From: Gammaproteobacteria bacterium
GTDB taxonomy: Bacteria; Pseudomonadota; Gammaproteobacteria; CAJXQU01
NCBI GenBank assembly: GCA_965238175.1
Contig: CBDEGZ010000003.1
Coordinates: 1,536,001-1,600,000, forward strand
Length of the DNA: 64,000 bases
Reading direction: 5' to 3'
Of this stretch, positions 22,232 through 33,700 are shown piece by piece. Each line of letters starts with the position of its first letter. The first letter of the stretch is position 1. The notes beneath the pieces are model-generated. The model saw nothing but the letters and a program-made list of their open reading frames with translations, was not told the DNA's origin and did not search any database. A program made the position numbers and the translations under genes.

Positions 22232-23050
22232 GTGAAACTATGTAATTTTGAGGTTGGTGATGATAACCCTTTCTTTTTGATTGCTGGCCCATGTGTTATT
22301 GAAAGTGAAGCCCTGGCGCTTGATACGGCGGGGCAATTAAAAGAGATCACGGCTAGCTTAGATATTCCTTTCATTTATAAGTCATCCTACGATAAAGCGA
22401 ATCGGACTTCACATACCAGTTTTCGTGGGCCAGGTTTGGAAAAGGGCTTAGCGGTTCTTGAAAAAGTTAAGCAACAAATAGAGGTTCCAGTCTTAACGGA
22501 TGTACATGAAAATTCGCCGTTTGAAGAGATTGCCTCGGTGGTAGATATTATTCAAACTCCAGCTTTTTTGTGTCGACAAACCGATTTTATTCAAAAAGCG
22601 GCAAGTGCAGGTATTCCAGTTAATATAAAAAAAGGCCAGTTTATGGCGCCGGGTGATATGCAACACGTGGTCGAAAAAGCTAAAGCGACGGGAAATGATC
22701 AAATCATGGTTTGTGATCGTGGAACCAGTTTTGGGTACAATTACCTGATCTCAGATATGCGAGCAATGCCTATAATGGCGGAAACGGGTTGTCCGGTCGT
22801 TTTTGACGCAACACATTCCGTACAAATGCCGGGTGGAAAAGGGGCAAGTTCTGGCGGGCAACGCGAGTTTGTGCCGGTGTTAGCACGTTCTGCAACGGCA
22901 GCTGGTATCTCGGGTATATTTATGGAAACACATCCAGATCCGGATAAAGCAATGAGCGATGGACCAAATTCATGGCCGCTAGATAAAATAGAATCATTAT
23001 TAGAAATTTTGAAATCAATTGATGAAATAGTAAAGCGCTCTCCAGTATAG
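22232..23050 (+). CDS. kdsA: KDO-8-phosphate synthase
   Basis: [27 protein letters not shown]. Confidence 0.98.
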   Translation: MKLCNFEVGDDNPFFLIAGPCVIESEALALDTAGQLKEITASLDIPFIYKSSYDKANRTSHTSFRGPGLEKGLAVLEKVKQQIEVPVLTDVHENSPFEEIASVVDIIQTPAFLCRQTDFIQKAASAGIPVNIKKGQFMAPGDMQHVVEKAKATGNDQIMVCDRGTSFGYNYLISDMRAMPIMAETGCPVVFDATHSVQMPGGKGASSGGQREFVPVLARSATAAGISGIFMETHPDPDKAMSDGPNSWPLDKIESLLEILKSIDEIVKRSPV

Positions 23051-23100
23051 TCCAGACATGGGCAATGCGTGAGAGTGATTATTAGAGGAAATATAAGAAC

Positions 23101-24381
23101 ATGTCAGAAATTAAACAAATAATTGGCCGAGAGATTGTTGATTCACGAAGTAACCCAACCGTACAAGTAGATGTGATCACAGCGACGGGTGTGATGGGAA
23201 CTGCTTCAGTACCATCGGGTGCATCAACTGGCGAGCGTGAAGCAATCGAATTACGTGATGGCGATCAAAATCGTTATCTTGGTCAAGGTGTTCTGAAAGC
23301 CGTTGAGAATGTTAATACCACTATCCAACAAGGTTTGAAAGGTAAAGACGTTTCGGATCAAGAAGGCATAGATAATCTGATGCTCGAAATGGACGGCACC
23401 GATACCAAAGCAAATTTAGGTGCAAATGCATTACTAGGTGTTTCTATGGCGGCTGCCCATGCTGCTGCAAATGAAAAGGGCGTGCCCTTATTTCAATACC
23501 TCGGAGGAGATGGGCCATTAACGATGCCTGTCCCGATGATGAACATTATTAACGGCGGTTCGCATGCAGACAATAGTGTGGATTTCCAGGAATATATGAT
23601 CTTGCCCGTCGGTGCTTCCAGTCTTCGCGAGGCCGTTCGCTACGGTGCAGAAGTTTTCCATAATCTGAAAAGTGTATTAAGAAAAAAAGGCCTGAATACA
23701 GCAGTGGGAGATGAAGGTGGTTTTGCACCAGATTTACCATCAAACGAAGCAGCCGTCGAGGTCGTTATTGAAGCAATTGAGCAAGCAGGGTTTAAAGCCG
23801 GTGAAGATATTTTACTTGGGCTAGACGTCGCCAGCTCTGAATTTTATGAAAATGGAAAGTATAATCTGGCTTCTGAAAATAGAAAACTGTCCTCAGAAGA
23901 GTTCGCAGACATGCTGACAGATTGGGTCAGCAAATATCCAATCATCACCATTGAAGATGGAATGGATGAAAATGATTGGGATGGCTGGAAAGTACTGACT
24001 GAAAAAATTGGAAAAAAAGTCCAACTAGTTGGTGATGATCTTTTTGTAACCAATACAAAAATATTTAAGCAAGGGATTGATAAAAACATTGCTAATTCAA
24101 TTTTGATCAAGGTTAATCAGATAGGTACATTGACTGAAACGTTAGCTGCGATTGAAATGGCGAAAAAAGCCAATTATACCGCGGTAGTTTCTCATCGCTC
24201 CGGTGAAACAGAAGATACCACGATTGCAGATCTTGCGGTTGCCACATCGGCAGGTCAAATCAAAACTGGCTCATTATCACGTTCTGATCGTGTTGCAAAA
24301 TATAACCGCTTGATCGTTATTGAGGAATTGTTGGGCGATAAAGCGTCATATCCTGGCAAAGGGACTTTTTATAACCTTTAA
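23101..24381 (+). CDS. eno: Enolase
   Basis: [32 protein letters not shown]. Confidence 0.99.
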   Translation: MSEIKQIIGREIVDSRSNPTVQVDVITATGVMGTASVPSGASTGEREAIELRDGDQNRYLGQGVLKAVENVNTTIQQGLKGKDVSDQEGIDNLMLEMDGTDTKANLGANALLGVSMAAAHAAANEKGVPLFQYLGGDGPLTMPVPMMNIINGGSHADNSVDFQEYMILPVGASSLREAVRYGAEVFHNLKSVLRKKGLNTAVGDEGGFAPDLPSNEAAVEVVIEAIEQAGFKAGEDILLGLDVASSEFYENGKYNLASENRKLSSEEFADMLTDWVSKYPIITIEDGMDENDWDGWKVLTEKIGKKVQLVGDDLFVTNTKIFKQGIDKNIANSILIKVNQIGTLTETLAAIEMAKKANYTAVVSHRSGETEDTTIADLAVATSAGQIKTGSLSRSDRVAKYNRLIVIEELLGDKASYPGKGTFYNL

Positions 24382-24414
24382 TTAGAGGCTCCTTAAGCTT
24401 ACAACAGGATAAAA

Positions 24415-24762
24415 ATGCGTTTTGGATTGATACTGCTTGTTATCTTATTAGTGTGGTTACAATTCGAACTCTGGGTTGGTAAAGGTAGTCGGACAGAAGT
24501 GCGTGAGTTGGAACAGGCGATCGCACTTCAGAAAGAAGAAAACAATCAGTTAAGAGAGCGAAATCAGGCGCTGGCTGCCGAAGTGAAGGATCTTAAATCC
24601 GGTATCGAAGCGATCGAAGAGCTTGCCCGCAGTGAGATGGGTATGATCAAAAAAGATGAGACCTTTTACCAGATTGTTGATCCTGTTGAAGGATCTTCAA
24701 TATATGAATCCTTCAATTCGACAAACGATCCAAAAGACATCTTAGAAGGTAATCCACAATGA
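24415..24762 (+). CDS. ftsB: Cell division protein FtsB
   Basis: N-terminal TM, LWVGKGS, coiled coil, EELARSEMGMIKKDETFY. Confidence 0.93.
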   Translation: MRFGLILLVILLVWLQFELWVGKGSRTEVRELEQAIALQKEENNQLRERNQALAAEVKDLKSGIEAIEELARSEMGMIKKDETFYQIVDPVEGSSIYESFNSTNDPKDILEGNPQ

Positions 24763-25466
24763 CTGAAAAATACTGGGCAGTGATCCCTGCTGCTGGTATT
24801 GGTTCCAGAATGAATTCTGAAATACCCAAACAGTATCTTAAAATTGCTGGAAAAACGATCCTCGAACACACACTCAATTGTTTTCTACAACACCCAAAAA
24901 TTTCTGGAATTATTGTTGTCATCTCCATGGAAGATCAAACCTGGAAAGATCTTAATATCATCACAGATAAAACATTAGTCACCGCAGGGGGTGGGGCTGA
25001 AAGATGTGATTCGGTTCTTTCAGGTCTACAAACAGTGGAAAAGCTGACAGATCAAAAAGACTGGATTTTAGTTCACGATGCAGCTCGTCCTTGTTTGAGA
25101 CAAGCAGATATTGATAAGTTAATCATAGAAGTTTCTGATCATAGTGTTGGAGGTTTACTTGCTGCTCCTGTCAGAGATACGATGAAGCGTAGCGTTAATA
25201 AAAACGTTGATCAAACGGTCATGGAGACGGTTGAAAGAACAAATTTGTGGCATGCTTTAACGCCGCAGATGTTCAGATTGTCTGATCTAAAATCTGCCTT
25301 AGTACATGCTCAACAAAAAAAACTTGTTGTTACCGATGAAGCACAGGCGATGGAATTAGTAGGAATGATGCCACTTTTGGTCGAAGGACACATGGATAAT
25401 ATTAAAGTCACTAGACCACAAGATTTAGAACTCGCAACGCATTATTTGGAGAAGAATATAGAATGA
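24759..25466 (+). CDS. ispD: 2-C-methyl-D-erythritol 4-phosphate cytidylyltransferase
   Basis: [29 protein letters not shown]. Confidence 0.97.
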   Translation: MTEKYWAVIPAAGIGSRMNSEIPKQYLKIAGKTILEHTLNCFLQHPKISGIIVVISMEDQTWKDLNIITDKTLVTAGGGAERCDSVLSGLQTVEKLTDQKDWILVHDAARPCLRQADIDKLIIEVSDHSVGGLLAAPVRDTMKRSVNKNVDQTVMETVERTNLWHALTPQMFRLSDLKSALVHAQQKKLVVTDEAQAMELVGMMPLLVEGHMDNIKVTRPQDLELATHYLEKNIE

Positions 25467-25939
25467 GAATAGGACAGGGTTACGATGCGCATAAGTTCAG
25501 TATAGGGACTTTCATTATGTTGGGTGGTGTTCGCATTCCGTTCGAAAAAGGCCTTGCCGCACATTCTGATGGCGACGTTTTGATCCACGCAATTTGTGAT
25601 GCATTATTAGGTGCGGCTGCTTTAGGTGATATTGGAAAACACTTTCCTGATACCAATCCTGATCTAAAAGGCGTTGATAGCCGAATTATTTTGCGTAATG
25701 TTTTAGAATTATTATTAGAAAAAAATTATAAAATAATCAATGTTGATGCGACGGTCGTTGCACAAAAACCAAAAATTTCTTCATTCATTCCAGAGATGAG
25801 AAAAGTATTGGCTTCTGATCTAAATCTGTCTATTGATGAGATCAATATCAAAGGAACAACTACCGAAGGTATGGGTTTTACCGGGAGAGAAGAGGGAATT
25901 TCAACCTATGCGGTATGTCTGATTGATACAAAAATTTGA
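25463..25939 (+). CDS. ispF: MECDP synthase
   Basis: [35 protein letters not shown]. Confidence 0.98.
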   Translation: MRIGQGYDAHKFSIGTFIMLGGVRIPFEKGLAAHSDGDVLIHAICDALLGAAALGDIGKHFPDTNPDLKGVDSRIILRNVLELLLEKNYKIINVDATVVAQKPKISSFIPEMRKVLASDLNLSIDEINIKGTTTEGMGFTGREEGISTYAVCLIDTKI

Positions 25940-25958
25940 TTTTTCACCAATCCAATTT

Positions 25959-26744
25959 CTAAAGTTTTAACCAATTAATTTCCAAAGCAGTTTCTTTTCC
26001 GATAACACACTTTTTTAAACTTTCGGGCATTTTTGATTTTGTTGGTGAAACAGGAATTCGCCCAGCCATGATTTCAGCTTTACTTTGATCGTAAGGGTTT
26101 TTCTTATTTGGTGAGGCAAAGCCAATTGGTAATATCGGTTCACCATTGGCTCCATATTTATCTGATGCGCCTAGTGTGTGTAAAAATTCATGGGCGATGA
26201 CAATATTATTTTGATCTTGCTGTTCTTTCGATGCGAAAGCATTGACGTAACCAAGTAAGCCTTTATTCAAACCATAAGAGTGTGCAAGTTGACGTCCATC
26301 ACTTGCTTGATGGTATAAAACAAAAATGCGTATACGGCGGAGATTAGACTGGTCATCAGGTGTGTTTTTCCAGGCCCAATATCTGAACTTTATACTCCAG
26401 CTTATAACCGATAAAATTCCTGAATCAGGTTTTGGTGCGAGAGGTGGAAGAACGGTAATTTCTTTTCCTAAACGTGTCCTTGTTGGCTTGCTCAGGATCA
26501 AATTATATTTGCCTGACTGTGCAGACATAAACTTATCAATTAAGGCAAAATTTTTATCTTTTAATTTATCAATATACTTATCGACGATCTTATTGTTTTC
26601 AACATTGATAGGATAAATGACTATTTCAAGGGTTTTATACCAGGATGTGGAAGCTCGTTTTTGCTCATAAGTATAAAGCGCGACAATGAGTAATATGAAT
26701 AAAAGAAAGTGTACTCGAAGTGTTTTGAATGTTATTTGAGTCAT
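25959..26744 (-). CDS. Membrane-anchored putative zinc metalloprotease (hypothetical family)
   Basis: N-terminal TM; AHEFLHTLGASDKY (HExxHxxGxxD) with downstream IMAG as a possible Met-turn. Confidence 0.65.
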   Translation of the reverse strand: MTQITFKTLRVHFLLFILLIVALYTYEQKRASTSWYKTLEIVIYPINVENNKIVDKYIDKLKDKNFALIDKFMSAQSGKYNLILSKPTRTRLGKEITVLPPLAPKPDSGILSVISWSIKFRYWAWKNTPDDQSNLRRIRIFVLYHQASDGRQLAHSYGLNKGLLGYVNAFASKEQQDQNNIVIAHEFLHTLGASDKYGANGEPILPIGFASPNKKNPYDQSKAEIMAGRIPVSPTKSKMPESLKKCVIGKETALEINWLKL

Positions 26745-26845
26745 TTTTGTGTTTTGATTGATTAGTAATGTAGATCAATGTGCAAAACATAAGCCGTTAA
26801 CAAAAAATATTTTTAAGCAAATATTTGAAAATTACTTTTGTTGTC

Positions 26846-28294
26846 TTATTCCTTTTGGGGAATATACTCATCCAAATGATCGCAAGCTTCTTGTAAACCC
26901 ATAGCACAGGCTTGTTCGATCAATAAATAACCATGTTGTTGATCACGTTCAGCACCCCGACCCCGATGGTACATGGAACCTTGTTTTGCACAGGCTAAAG
27001 GATTGCCTTTTTCACACTCAATCGAAATTAAGGTAAAGAGGTTTTTGCAACCGTTGCGTAATTTTTGATCGCATGCTTGTTCCCAAAAATCAGACTGCTT
27101 TCCTGGATGATTAACGCCAACACGACCAGAACCATACCAGCAGATAAATATTATTATCCAGATTGTCATATGAATAAGGTTAAGTTTATAGGGAGTTAGT
27201 TCACTAAATGATTTGAAGATGTTTTTGAAATCGAAATTTTTCGAAAATCGATCTAAAACTATAATCGAAAGATTGAGTAAAGGTACGGATAATAACTTGT
27301 CATAAAATGTTGGTGCACCGAAAGCATCGAGTACTTCAAACAAAATCATCACGCTGAATGCATATAAAACCCCAAATAAAATACGTCCGAAATTTGTTTT
27401 GGGAGAAGTGACAGGATCAGTTACCAGTAAGTGTAATCCCAGAAAAACAGCGATTGGGATATCAGATGTATAAAAGAAATAAACGCCAGTAATTTGAAAG
27501 TAGATCGCGCCTGCGATGAGTAAAGTAATAGCTGTTGCGAGTGTTACTAATGTCACATGAAATAAATATTGTACGATTAATCCTAAGGTGAAAATCAAGA
27601 TGTACATGTGAGGAGGCATAGCCAGGGTATTGGAAATTTCAGGACCCCAACTTATACCAGTACTGCCAGTAAAAATAAGTATTGTCGATGCAACGGCTAG
27701 TGAGATTGCAGAAGGGTTAAATATATGAACTTTGCGATCATTTATTTTCCAAGAAAAAATTTCTTTAGCGAGGACGCCGAAGGCAATCATCAGGAACTGA
27801 TAATAGAACCAATCATCACGAAACCAGAGAAATAAATTGGTACTAAAAATGATTGGGAATCGACCGAAGCCTAAAAGCCAGGCATCGTTACGATACCAAC
27901 GAAATAACAGATCAATAATGTGAACAAAAATGAGTTGCGCGAGAATTAGAATAGCTTGTTCATAAACTTGCGGCCAATACATACCCCAGTAAATAAAAAT
28001 ACATAAATGCATCGTCATTTGTACGTAATGTGCTTTAACCAGAACGAGGCTTACTTCTGCATTTATTGGACGCCGTTTATTGAATAAAAGTAAACTAAAA
28101 TAAGCTAAAAAGAAAAAGCCAGATATGAGTTGGAATGTAAGTAATAAAGTCTCGTTTTGCTGCACACGATCTGTGAAAGACAAACTAAAGAATATAAGGA
28201 TTAGTAAAAAAGGAATTACGATTAATCTCGAACGAATAGTTGACTGTTTTTCAGCCGTAATAGTAGTACTCATAGGATCCAATAGTAGATTCAA
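26846..28294 (-). CDS. Polytopic membrane protein of RnfD/NqrB-UnbU-like type with C-terminal Cys-rich Sel1-like repeats
   Basis: HIFNPSA and LLVTDPVTSP motifs; C-terminus WEQAC...NGC...AC...GRGAERD...ACAMGLQEAC. Confidence 0.65.
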   Translation of the reverse strand: MNLLLDPMSTTITAEKQSTIRSRLIVIPFLLILIFFSLSFTDRVQQNETLLLTFQLISGFFFLAYFSLLLFNKRRPINAEVSLVLVKAHYVQMTMHLCIFIYWGMYWPQVYEQAILILAQLIFVHIIDLLFRWYRNDAWLLGFGRFPIIFSTNLFLWFRDDWFYYQFLMIAFGVLAKEIFSWKINDRKVHIFNPSAISLAVASTILIFTGSTGISWGPEISNTLAMPPHMYILIFTLGLIVQYLFHVTLVTLATAITLLIAGAIYFQITGVYFFYTSDIPIAVFLGLHLLVTDPVTSPKTNFGRILFGVLYAFSVMILFEVLDAFGAPTFYDKLLSVPLLNLSIIVLDRFSKNFDFKNIFKSFSELTPYKLNLIHMTIWIIIFICWYGSGRVGVNHPGKQSDFWEQACDQKLRNGCKNLFTLISIECEKGNPLACAKQGSMYHRGRGAERDQQHGYLLIEQACAMGLQEACDHLDEYIPQKE

Positions 28295-28432
28295 TAATTT
28301 TTTTATTTTTGTGATTCACTAGCCGCGTTTCATTATCCGTATAAAAAAGAAAAAATGATAGTGGAAAACGAACTTGTTCATGGTTTACTTAAATGAGAGG
28401 ATTACACAAGAACATAAGGAGATAAAAGACAA

Positions 28433-28855
28433 GTGATTAAAGCATTTATTTTAAATAGTCTTCTCGTTGCGATGGCAATTCTGATCCACTACGAAGTCTT
28501 GTTCAAGTTATCAAATCTGATCCCGAGATTTACCATCCGATATCATTTTCGAGTAGTGATTGCTCTTTTCGGTGCTATGTTTGCCCATGTGTTTGAAATC
28601 TGGTTATTTGCTATTGGTTATTACATAGCAATTAATTCTAAAAATTTAGGTAGTTTCTCGGGTAATTTCACAGGTTCGTTTATGGACTGTGGTTATTTCT
28701 CTTTCACTACATATACATCATTGGGTTATGGTGATATTGAACCGCATGGACATATACGTTTTCTAGCGGGACTTGAATCACTTGTAGGTTTAGTCCTTAT
28801 CGGCTGGACAGCATCGTTTATGTATATAGAGATGCAAAAGTTTTGGAATAAGTAA
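28433..28855 (+). CDS. Small ion-channel (K+ channel pore) domain protein
   Basis: YFSFTTYTSLGYGDI filter motif, three hydrophobic segments. Confidence 0.85.
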   Translation: MIKAFILNSLLVAMAILIHYEVLFKLSNLIPRFTIRYHFRVVIALFGAMFAHVFEIWLFAIGYYIAINSKNLGSFSGNFTGSFMDCGYFSFTTYTSLGYGDIEPHGHIRFLAGLESLVGLVLIGWTASFMYIEMQKFWNK

Positions 28856-28979
28856 AGAATAGCTTCTTTTCTTTTCTAAGTTATATTCACCCGAAAACTC
28901 AAACACTTATTATTGTAAGTATTCTCGTAGGATCAACTTTTTTTGCACTGAGCTGAGAGCGCTTTTTGTTAGAGCACTC

Positions 28980-29678
28980 CTAGTCTGCAACTTTTGGAAG
29001 AAAAGAAATATCGACATAGTATTTTTTGGGGTTATTCCTTTCTATTAAGACTGTTATTTCTTCATTGCTTATGTGAACAGTCGGATCAAACCATATGTTT
29101 TCGCTGTTGAAAACATGCAGTTCTGACGTAGTAGGATTTTTCCATTGAACACATATCTGATATGGGTTTCTATCATTTACTTCAAGTGAGTCATTAATTT
29201 CAACACTTTGAAATTTTGCTCTAACTGGGATTCCATTTCTCTTCAAATATTTAATTTTTTTATCTTTTAGATTTCCAAAGAATATTATTGAAAATCCCAC
29301 AATAAAAAATACAGTACCTAGCCCACCTAAAATTACAGGGCCACTCCATAATGAAAAGAAACCACTGATTTTAGCTTGTTCAGGTGAGGATTTCTGATAC
29401 AAGACTTCAACAATTTCGCCTTTAGAATAGCTTGAAGGATTACTTCCAGATGACGAGATGAATTCAATCAACTTATCATCTTGAGTTTTAAACTCAACAA
29501 CAGGTCTATATATAGTTGAATCACTTGATCTTGAACTAATAAGCTCTACAACTGTTCCATTGGTCGTTAGAGCATTTTTCAGGAAATCTTGTGTATTTGT
29601 ATAGAGGGAAAATGCTCCGAATAATATGCCAAGACCTATCACTGTAAATGCATATTTCATGACTGAAATTGTTCTCAT
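28980..29678 (-). CDS. DUF3592-like membrane protein (probable gene cassette)
   Basis: TM, GTVVEL...YRPVVEF...SSGSNP...GEIVEVLY...TM; begins 16 bp after the attC end, and CTCTAAC follows its stop. Confidence 0.8.
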   Translation of the reverse strand: MRTISVMKYAFTVIGLGILFGAFSLYTNTQDFLKNALTTNGTVVELISSRSSDSTIYRPVVEFKTQDDKLIEFISSSGSNPSSYSKGEIVEVLYQKSSPEQAKISGFFSLWSGPVILGGLGTVFFIVGFSIIFFGNLKDKKIKYLKRNGIPVRAKFQSVEINDSLEVNDRNPYQICVQWKNPTTSELHVFNSENIWFDPTVHISNEEITVLIERNNPKKYYVDISFLPKVAD

Positions 29679-29693
29679 ATTTTTCCTGTTTTA

Positions 29694-29759
29694 GTTCTAA
29701 CACCGCAAACAGCGGTAAGGAGCACGTAGTGCAATGATCTGCTACTTTACTTGTTATGC
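29694..29759 (-). mobile_element. attC-like integron cassette recombination site
   Basis: Minus strand GCATAAC AAGTAAAGTAGC...GCAC-TAC-GTGC...GCTGTTTGCGGT GTTAGAA; R'' overlaps the GNAT C-terminus (HNK*). Confidence 0.7.
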
Positions 29760-30319
29760 AATGCCCAGTCTTGGTACGTCATTCGGTATAGCTGCACCGG
29801 CAGATCATGAAATTCATGAGTCGTGTAGTCTCCAAACCCAGCCTTCTTGGCTACCCTGACAGACGCCGTATGCTCTGGCTCAATGATAACAACTACCGAT
29901 TCACAGTATTTTTTATCGAAGGCATAACTCAAAACAGCGTTGACAGCTTCTGTCGCAAAACCCTGATTCCAGTGCCTCCGCGCTAATCGATAACCTAGAT
30001 TGATTTCCTCAATGTCATCGACCAACTCAGGCGCGACACCACAGAAGCCAATAAGATCACCATCCGATGCTTTCTTCAATAATGCCCATGGGCCTATCCC
30101 GTGGGATGAGTAGCATTCCATACACCAATCGATAAACTTTCTGGAGATATTCTCGTCGCAAACCCCGCAAACAGAATATTTCATGACTTCAGGGTCGCTC
30201 AAAATCTTAGTGAGTGCTGGAAGATCTTGGAGGGATAGTTGCCTTGCGACTAACCTTTCCGTTTCAAATAATTCCATACATTCTCGTTTATATTCTGATG
30301 ATAGTATTTTTTTGAGCAT
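29747..30319 (-). CDS. GNAT N-acetyltransferase (RimJ/RimL type), cassette-borne
   Basis: ETERL, LIGFCG, LGYRLARRHWNQGFATEA, SVRVAKKAGF; true start possibly ATG 30277. Confidence 0.9.
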   Translation of the reverse strand: MLKKILSSEYKRECMELFETERLVARQLSLQDLPALTKILSDPEVMKYSVCGVCDENISRKFIDWCMECYSSHGIGPWALLKKASDGDLIGFCGVAPELVDDIEEINLGYRLARRHWNQGFATEAVNAVLSYAFDKKYCESVVVIIEPEHTASVRVAKKAGFGDYTTHEFHDLPVQLYRMTYQDWALHNK

Positions 30320-30705
30320 CTTGACCTAGTTATTTGTAGTAATAATATCTCTAACTAAGTCTCCAACTAAATTGTACCGTTACAATGTTGAGTTCTTTTT
30401 TGTTTGCCTATTCAGTTTTCATGCTATTTTTTTTAAGGTGGCGTGTTTTTTATGCTTAAAAAATACAATGTGTACAGTGTATCTTTACCCCAGTCGTTAT
30501 CGACCGGGAATAGCTACGGAAGGTAGCGACAGCGGGTGATATAACTTTAGCTTTTGAAGATAGAAATAGGACACATTGTGACAGTGTACTTGTTACGTTT
30601 TTTTATTTGCGCTATAGGTTTGTTTAACCGGTTAATCTGACCTTTTTTAAAGTACGGGATAACACAATGTCAACGGTTCCTATTACTAGGTGTAAATTAA
30701 TCGAT

Positions 30706-30727
30706 CCTCCTCTATTAATAGAGGAGG
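30706..30727. terminator. Perfect 22-bp palindrome, possible terminator of the 30773 gene
   Basis: CCTCCTCTATTAATAGAGGAGG is its own reverse complement and lies 45 bp past the stop codon. Confidence 0.5.
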
Positions 30728-30772
30728 GATTATTAAGCGTAGACTTAGAATATAGCTGATATGGATACTAAT

Positions 30773-33700
30773 TCATTTAATAACCTTCCAATTGAGATCA
30801 GCTTCTACATTAATCATGTCATTAAGTAAGATATGCGTTCCGTTCATTAAGTACATCCAGTTCAACCCCGTGTTTTGATTGCGCCAGAAGATATCGGTTG
30901 TGCCATCACCATTATAATCGCCCGTGGCTTCTATTTCCCAATCCAGGCCGGTAAAAGCGACGTGGTTGTTTGTTGAAATATCCGCTCCGTTCATGAGGTA
31001 TGCCCAAACTCGTCCATGAACATTATTACGCCAAAGAATGTCATCTTTCCCGTTCCCGTCGAAATCACCCATTGTTAGAATATCCCAGTCTAATCCGGTA
31101 AAGGCGACATGGTTGCTATCGAGAATATTTGTGCCATCCATGCGGTATCTCCAGACACGGCCGTTCGTTTTGTGACGCCATAGGATGTCATCTTTCCCAT
31201 CACCGTTTAGATCTCCTATTCCTGCGACTTTCCAATTAAGATCGGGAATGAAAGTTATAGAGGTCGCAGCTAAGATATTTGCACCATCCATTGTATAAAT
31301 CTGAGCTTCTCCTGTGCTTGCGTGATGCCAAAGAATATCGTCTTTTCCATTACCATCGAAATCACCTGTTCCTGCAATTTTCCAGTTAAGATCTGCTTCT
31401 GTGTTGAACAATGACATGTCTATAATGTTTGTACCATTCATCAGGTATATCCAGTTTTGTCCGGATGATTTATGACGTAATAAAATATCGGATGTACCAT
31501 CACCGTTGAAATCTCCGTTACCGACGATTGCCAGATTCGGGTCGCTTATGGAAGTAATAATTTGGCTGTGGAATACAGAGTTGGCTTTCATCTGATACAT
31601 CATTACGTTCCCGGTACTGGCATGACGCCATATAACATCTGCCATATTATCGTCATTATAGTCATTAGGTAATGATAAAGAATTTTTCCAGAAGCGTAGC
31701 AATTTCGCTAGGGCTTGTGGAGGATTGGCAGGTTGGCCTGAGCCTGATTGAGATTGATCATTGACACCGTGGCAGGCGGGACAAGTACGAATTTCTCCGG
31801 GTTGAAAAGATAACCAGTTCCTTTCGCGAACGACTGGACTATGACTTGGATCTGTTGTTTGCCAGGAGATAGCTCGTTGTGCCGGAACAAAAGCAGCAAT
31901 CGAGCCATCTTCTGCTATTTTCACACTACCTTTTGGGCCATCGAAAATATTTGGATTTTGCACGAGGGCACTGTCATCGTGTAATGCCTGACCTATTACC
32001 CTACGGCCCTCATCAATATCACCATCACTTTCTCGCATGGCTCGTAATTGATCTGCCTGAAAGATTTGTAAATGATCTATATCGTAAATTTTGCCACCAC
32101 CTGCTAATGTTTGTTTATCTCGACCAGCTACGCGAAGGTTTGATGGTTGCTGTTGATCCAAATCATCTCGGCTGGTGACATCACGACTGATAATGAGACT
32201 GAGGTTCCTCTGTTTTAAATAATTTTTTAACTCATTCACATCAACGTTTTCTTGCGCAAACATCTGTTGCTCCGCCGGGGCTAATGTAGATGAGAGCATT
32301 GCCGGACGAGAGCGTACTCTAACTTCAACGGGTTGCCACTCCCATAACGGACCCGAATAACTAACCAGTTGATCAGGATCCCAATAACTAATTGTCTTAT
32401 TTATTCCACCCGGAATAACAGCACTGCCTGCGGTTTGAGTGCCGTTGGAAGATACTATGTTTTTCAATTTAAATGCATATCGCGATTGAGGACTGGTACG
32501 GCTCCCTTCATTACTATCTTTACGTGTTTCTGTGGTGTGCGCCGCAATCAAGGTACTGTCAGAAAGCGGTAAAGGATCACGATATAAACCAGAATGATTA
32601 GTTGATGGACTATTGCTTATATCAGAAGTGTCTTTGTGGGTAATATAATGAACGATTATATCTTCAGCACTTGTCGTTGGAGGTGCGCTCAATCCAATTA
32701 TTTGTCCTGCGGCGTGACTACGAAAAGTTGGGGCATCAATACCATAATAAAATCCATCAACTGTCGGGTGTTCTCTAACTTGTAACATGTTTCTAATTGA
32801 ATTTGGATTTGTTCTTGGGATTTGCCCATAATATTCTCGGACGTTGGAATCATCGTTAAATGTTCTCGGTAAATAATCATGTAGTTCATGCCGACCGATA
32901 TGGTTAAGCGTTTCAATATCTGTTCCATCTTCATTTATCATCCATGGAAAGAAATGATTAAAACGATGGCCTTCGAGATTAGGGAAATTACTTATTTGGA
33001 TGCTGGAATCTCGAGGTTCAGGAAACACCTCAGTTCTGTCATTAAAGAGAGGCGTTGCATTGGCAGCCTCGCTGCTGAAATTAAAAGTTCCGTGTTGCAG
33101 GGCTTGTCCTGATGCCGCTCTTCGCCTATCAGCATCAGCCATTTGATCTTGCTGTAAGTGATCCCATTGAGTGAAGATGACCCGTCCAAACCTGTCAATA
33201 ATGGGTGTAAAGTTCCCCGAAGGTGCGTGGTTGAGTAAGGTCAGAGCACCGTTAGCAGGATCAAGTTTCCACAACCCAGTATTGGTTGCTTCCATTTCAT
33301 ATTCATCGAGTTGTGGGTAAAGGTGTCGCTCCCCATTTCTTGATCTATCACTGGTGAAAATAATCTTATCATCTGTTCCGTAGATTGGACTGATGTTATT
33401 GAAATTAGTGGGTTGATTTGCAATTTTTTTAATTACAGGTGTGTCAGTTTTACCTAGGCCTGTCATTTCATACATTTGCCAGAAGAAAGTCTTAACTTGA
33501 TAACGTTCGGTTGGAGCACCGACGATCATACTAAAAATAATTTTGTTTCCATCCCAATGGACAGATGGATTACGAACTGCAATGGCATTTGCCCCCTGAA
33601 AACCTGTTGTGCCATAACCGGCAGCGGCGGTAAGATTTTTTAGAGTACCATCCTGATATTTGATCCATAAATCACCACCGCGACCAACCCGTCTCATGCT

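Noticed and set aside
30780-31660. Periodic DNA repeats suggesting a CRISPR or tandem array
   Set aside because: They are coding FG-GAP repeats within the 1026-aa ORF; no identical repeats with unique spacers and no cas genes in the window.
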